Source: Candidatus Multivoradales bacterium (GTDB lineage Bacteria > Acidobacteriota > Thermoanaerobaculia > Multivoradales > JAHEKO01). From it: a stretch of DNA of 64,000 nt. Both the position numbers and the translations under genes were made by a program. Below are positions 61,183 to 64,000 of this stretch, in pieces; position 1 is the first letter of the stretch, and the number at the start of each line of letters is the position of its first letter. The notes beneath the pieces were generated by a model that did no database searches, was not told where the DNA came from, and saw nothing but the letters and a program-made list of their open reading frames with translations. Location of the stretch: NCBI GenBank assembly GCA_965223155.1, contig CBDCVR010000014.1, positions 960,001 to 1,024,000 on the forward strand, given 5' to 3'.

Positions 61183-62277
61183 ATGATCGAACAGCTTGAA
61201 GCCATCGAAACGCAGCACGAAGAGCTCGCGCAGAAGCTCGCCGACCCGGAACTGGTCAACGACCAGAAAGCCTACGTCGAGACCACCAAGCGCTTGGCCG
61301 AGCTCGGCGTCGTGGTCGAGCTTTTCCGCCGCTACCGAGCTCTGAAGCAGCAGGAGGAAGACACCGGTGAGCTGCTCGGGACGCTGGACAAGAGCGACGA
61401 GCTCTACGCCATGGCCCTCGAGGAACAGCAGGAGCTCACCGGTCAGCTCAAAACCCTGGAGGCCGAGCTCAAGCGCGAGCTCACGCCGAAGGACCCGAAC
61501 GACGAGCGCAACGTCGTGCTCGAGATTCGAGCCGGCACCGGCGGCGACGAAGCGACGCTCTTCGCCGGCGAGCTCTTTCGCATGTACACCCGCTTCGCCG
61601 AGGCCCAGAACTGGACGGTCGAGATCATCGACCTGTCCGAGTCCGGCATCCGGGGAATCAAGGAAGTCTCGGCCATCATCGAAGGCCGCAAGGCCTACAG
61701 CAGGCTGAAGTACGAAGCCGGCGTCCACCGCGTGCAGCGGGTGCCCGAGACCGAGGCTTCCGGGCGCATCCACACGTCGGCGGTCACGGTGGCTGTTCTG
61801 CCGGAAGCCGAGGATGTCGAGATCGAGATCGAAGAAAAGGACCTACGCGTCGACCGCTTCTGCTCCTCGGGCCCGGGCGGCCAGGGCGTCAACACCACCT
61901 ACTCGGCCGTCCGCATCACCCACCTGCCGACCGGGCTGGTGGTGAGCTGCCAAGACGAGCGCAGCCAGATCAAGAACCGGGCCAAGGCCATGCGCGTGCT
62001 CAAGTCCCGGCTCCTCGAGATCGAGCGAGAGAAGGCCGAGTCCGAGCTCAGCGCCGAGCGCCGCAAGATGGTCGGAAGCGGCGACCGCTCGGAGAAGATT
62101 CGGACCTACAATTTTCCGCAGAATCGGGTCACCGACCACCGCATCGGTCTAACGCTGCACCAATTGCCGGCGATCCTGGAAGGCGATCTGGACGGCCTCA
62201 TCGAGCCGCTTGCCACGCACTTCCAAGCCGAACAGATGCGTCAGGCAGCAGAAGACCAAGCGGCGGTACCGGCCTAA
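61183..62277 (+). CDS. prfA: Peptide chain release factor 1
   Basis: [11 protein letters not shown] anticodon-mimic motif, [15 protein letters not shown]. Confidence 0.98.
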   Translation: MIEQLEAIETQHEELAQKLADPELVNDQKAYVETTKRLAELGVVVELFRRYRALKQQEEDTGELLGTLDKSDELYAMALEEQQELTGQLKTLEAELKRELTPKDPNDERNVVLEIRAGTGGDEATLFAGELFRMYTRFAEAQNWTVEIIDLSESGIRGIKEVSAIIEGRKAYSRLKYEAGVHRVQRVPETEASGRIHTSAVTVAVLPEAEDVEIEIEEKDLRVDRFCSSGPGGQGVNTTYSAVRITHLPTGLVVSCQDERSQIKNRAKAMRVLKSRLLEIEREKAESELSAERRKMVGSGDRSEKIRTYNFPQNRVTDHRIGLTLHQLPAILEGDLDGLIEPLATHFQAEQMRQAAEDQAAVPA

Positions 62278-62995
62278 GCGGCTCCGGCGGCTCCTCGCCG
62301 GGAAAGACCACCAGCGGACGGATCCCGGCGGTGTCCGCTCCGGCAAAGGCGTTGGCAAGCCAGCCGGCGACAAAGCGCTCGATCTGCTCGCGGGCGGTTT
62401 CCCTCACCAGCGACTTGTGTTCCCGGGCTCGCTCGCGGGACAGCCGCGTCAGACCGGCTTGGAGCGCCTCGATGGCCTCGGTCTCGTCGCGAAAAACGCT
62501 AGATTCGCGCACCACGTAGTAGAGGCTCGAAACATCCAGAGCCGGGCGGTTGGCTTCGAGCTCGGGCACCCGGACCATGAGCTCGCCTTCGCGCAACTCG
62601 AAGTCCCAAGCCTTGTCGAGATCGACGAAATAGACGTACTGGACCGGCACCCGGGCCTCCACCACCACGTCCGGAAGCGCGACGCTGCCCCAGAGCACGC
62701 TCGTCGAGTCGGTCCGGGTATAGATCTCGGTTTGTTCGAGCTCGGCGACCTGGAGCTTCCTGCTTCCGGAGACCTCGGCGGCGTACGAGACGAACTGGGT
62801 CTCGGTCGTTCCCTCGCGAAACGCCGCGGCCAGATCGGTCAGGTCGGCCAGCACCTCGCGCCCGGCATCCACGGCCTCGCCCGGAAGCGAGCGCAACGAC
62901 AGAAAAAGAAACAGGCCGACAAAGAGGCCAAGCGCCACCAAGGCGGCCACCACCAGGACCACCGTTTCGATCGTTGAGCCGCGCGAGTCCGCCAT
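62198..62995 (-). CDS. DUF4230-like membrane-anchored protein
   Basis: N-terminal TM, KLQVAE..., YFVDL, A.E....F pattern; convergent overlap with the prfA end. Confidence 0.65.
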   Translation of the reverse strand: MADSRGSTIETVVLVVAALVALGLFVGLFLFLSLRSLPGEAVDAGREVLADLTDLAAAFREGTTETQFVSYAAEVSGSRKLQVAELEQTEIYTRTDSTSVLWGSVALPDVVVEARVPVQYVYFVDLDKAWDFELREGELMVRVPELEANRPALDVSSLYYVVRESSVFRDETEAIEALQAGLTRLSRERAREHKSLVRETAREQIERFVAGWLANAFAGADTAGIRPLVVFPGEEPPEPLRPVPPLGLLLPDASVRLGSAWQAAR

Positions 62996-63131
62996 GCCAA
63001 GTTCCGGCGCCAGTTTAGGCCCCGCTCCCCGGGTGGGCAAGGGCCTCCCTGGGAAGGTGTTGTGGCGTCGGCGGCTTCGCGCCAACCTGGAGGAAACCGG
63101 GACGGTGGTTCCCGCGGACAAGGAGGTGTCG

Positions 63132-63644
63132 ATGCGACAAATACTGATGGTTCTGGCATTGACGATCTTGCTGGCGGCGGCGCTCGCGTTTGCCCTCGGT
63201 CCGGCGCCGGCGCTTGCCCAGGAAAGCACGGGCGTGACCGAGATCAACGCCAACGAGCACCCGGGCTTTCTGGCGGCAAAGGGCCGGGTCACGTTCCGGC
63301 GCTACTGCGCCAGTTGTCACGGTGAGAAGGCCGACGGCAACGGCACGGTCGCGGCGATGTTGACGGTTCAGCCGCCTGATCTGCGCGTCCTGGCGCGGGA
63401 CAACGAGGGCACGTATCCCGCCGATGCCATCGCCGCCACGATCGACGGCCGCGACGAGGTCCAGGCCCACGGCCGGCGCGACATGCCGGTCTGGGGCGAG
63501 GTCTTCCAGACCCCTCTGGTCGAATCGGAGCCCAGGTCGGAAGAAGACCGTGAGGCTCGAGCGCGGCTCAAGATCAAGGAGCTGGTGCTCTTTCTGGAGA
63601 CGATCCAGATCGACGAACCCGCCGACGGCGAGGCCCAGGACTAA
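63132..63644 (+). CDS. Monoheme cytochrome c
   Basis: AAGGAGG RBS, signal peptide, CASCH, HGRRDMPVWG. Confidence 0.92.
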   Translation: MRQILMVLALTILLAAALAFALGPAPALAQESTGVTEINANEHPGFLAAKGRVTFRRYCASCHGEKADGNGTVAAMLTVQPPDLRVLARDNEGTYPADAIAATIDGRDEVQAHGRRDMPVWGEVFQTPLVESEPRSEEDREARARLKIKELVLFLETIQIDEPADGEAQD

Positions 63645-63766
63645 CCCGACCTCGCGACCGACCCGGCTCTGGACTGCGGGTATCGGCTCTTGGCCGACCG
63701 AGCCCGCTCCGTCCTCCGGCTGGCTCCTAGGAGCCGCCAGGGACTGCGATCGCCCCGGGCGGCTTC

Positions 63767-64000
63767 CTAGCGCCGCCGTCTGAGGTGGACTGGGCGCAGC
63801 ACCCGGGCGGCCAGGAACTCGGCCAGGCGCCGATTGCCTTCTTCGGTCAGATGGCCGTCTCCCGGCAGGAAGCACTCGTCGCAGTCCTGCCAGAGCCCGC
63901 GGGTCGAGGCGAAGGGAATGCCATGGGTCCGCGCGATGGTCTTGAGGGAGGTCGCCAGCTTCCGTTGCGCCTTGACCGACTTCGGACCCAGAATTCCGCC
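63767..64000 (-). CDS. C-terminal part of an SGNH/GDSL hydrolase-like protein (start beyond window)
   Basis: Hand translation ...GIPFASTR...FLPGDGHLTEEGNRRLAEFL...* with the D-x-H block V motif. Confidence 0.65.
   Translation of the reverse strand, partial: GGILGPKSVKAQRKLATSLKTIARTHGIPFASTRGLWQDCDECFLPGDGHLTEEGNRRLAEFLAARVLRPVHLRRRR

Overview
GC-rich bacterial chromosome segment; gene content and protein style suggest Acidobacteriota, possibly Thermoanaerobaculia (inference). Left arm (1-17 kb): SPFH protein with a 34-bp palindromic operator, a methyltransferase, secreted hydrolases including a Zn-phospholipase-C-like protein, a tandem-PqqD(RRE)/YdcF/nucleotidyltransferase-HPr-kinase-fusion/two-sulfotransferase/ABC-exporter cluster, and a PQQ sugar dehydrogenase. 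Centre: an integrative element of about 27.8 kb in the 3' half of tRNA-Ala(GGC), bounded by a 49-bp perfect direct repeat (17088-17136 and 44857-44905). It has an intact tyrosine integrase, two excisionase candidates, two VirD4/HerA-like ATPases, a Replic_Relax relaxase, RadC, a primase-like protein, a wHTH initiator with internal iteron-like repeats and a highly structured non-coding region, but no recognisable VirB4 or mating channel. Its cargo looks defensive: a three-gene membrane/GTPase/GAP1-N2-like operon, a coupled operon of nuclease-like protein, ParB/Srx, SNF2 and DUF3883 converging on m5C-MTase/GIY-YIG/vsr (best candidate for an undescribed system), and an Mrr-like nuclease. Right arm (45-64 kb): hflX, comF, a sigma54-dependent two-component system with its own -24/-12 promoter, M14 peptidase, DUF5916, rpmE, prfA, DUF4230 and cytochrome c. 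All family calls come from reading motifs by eye; no database searches were run.
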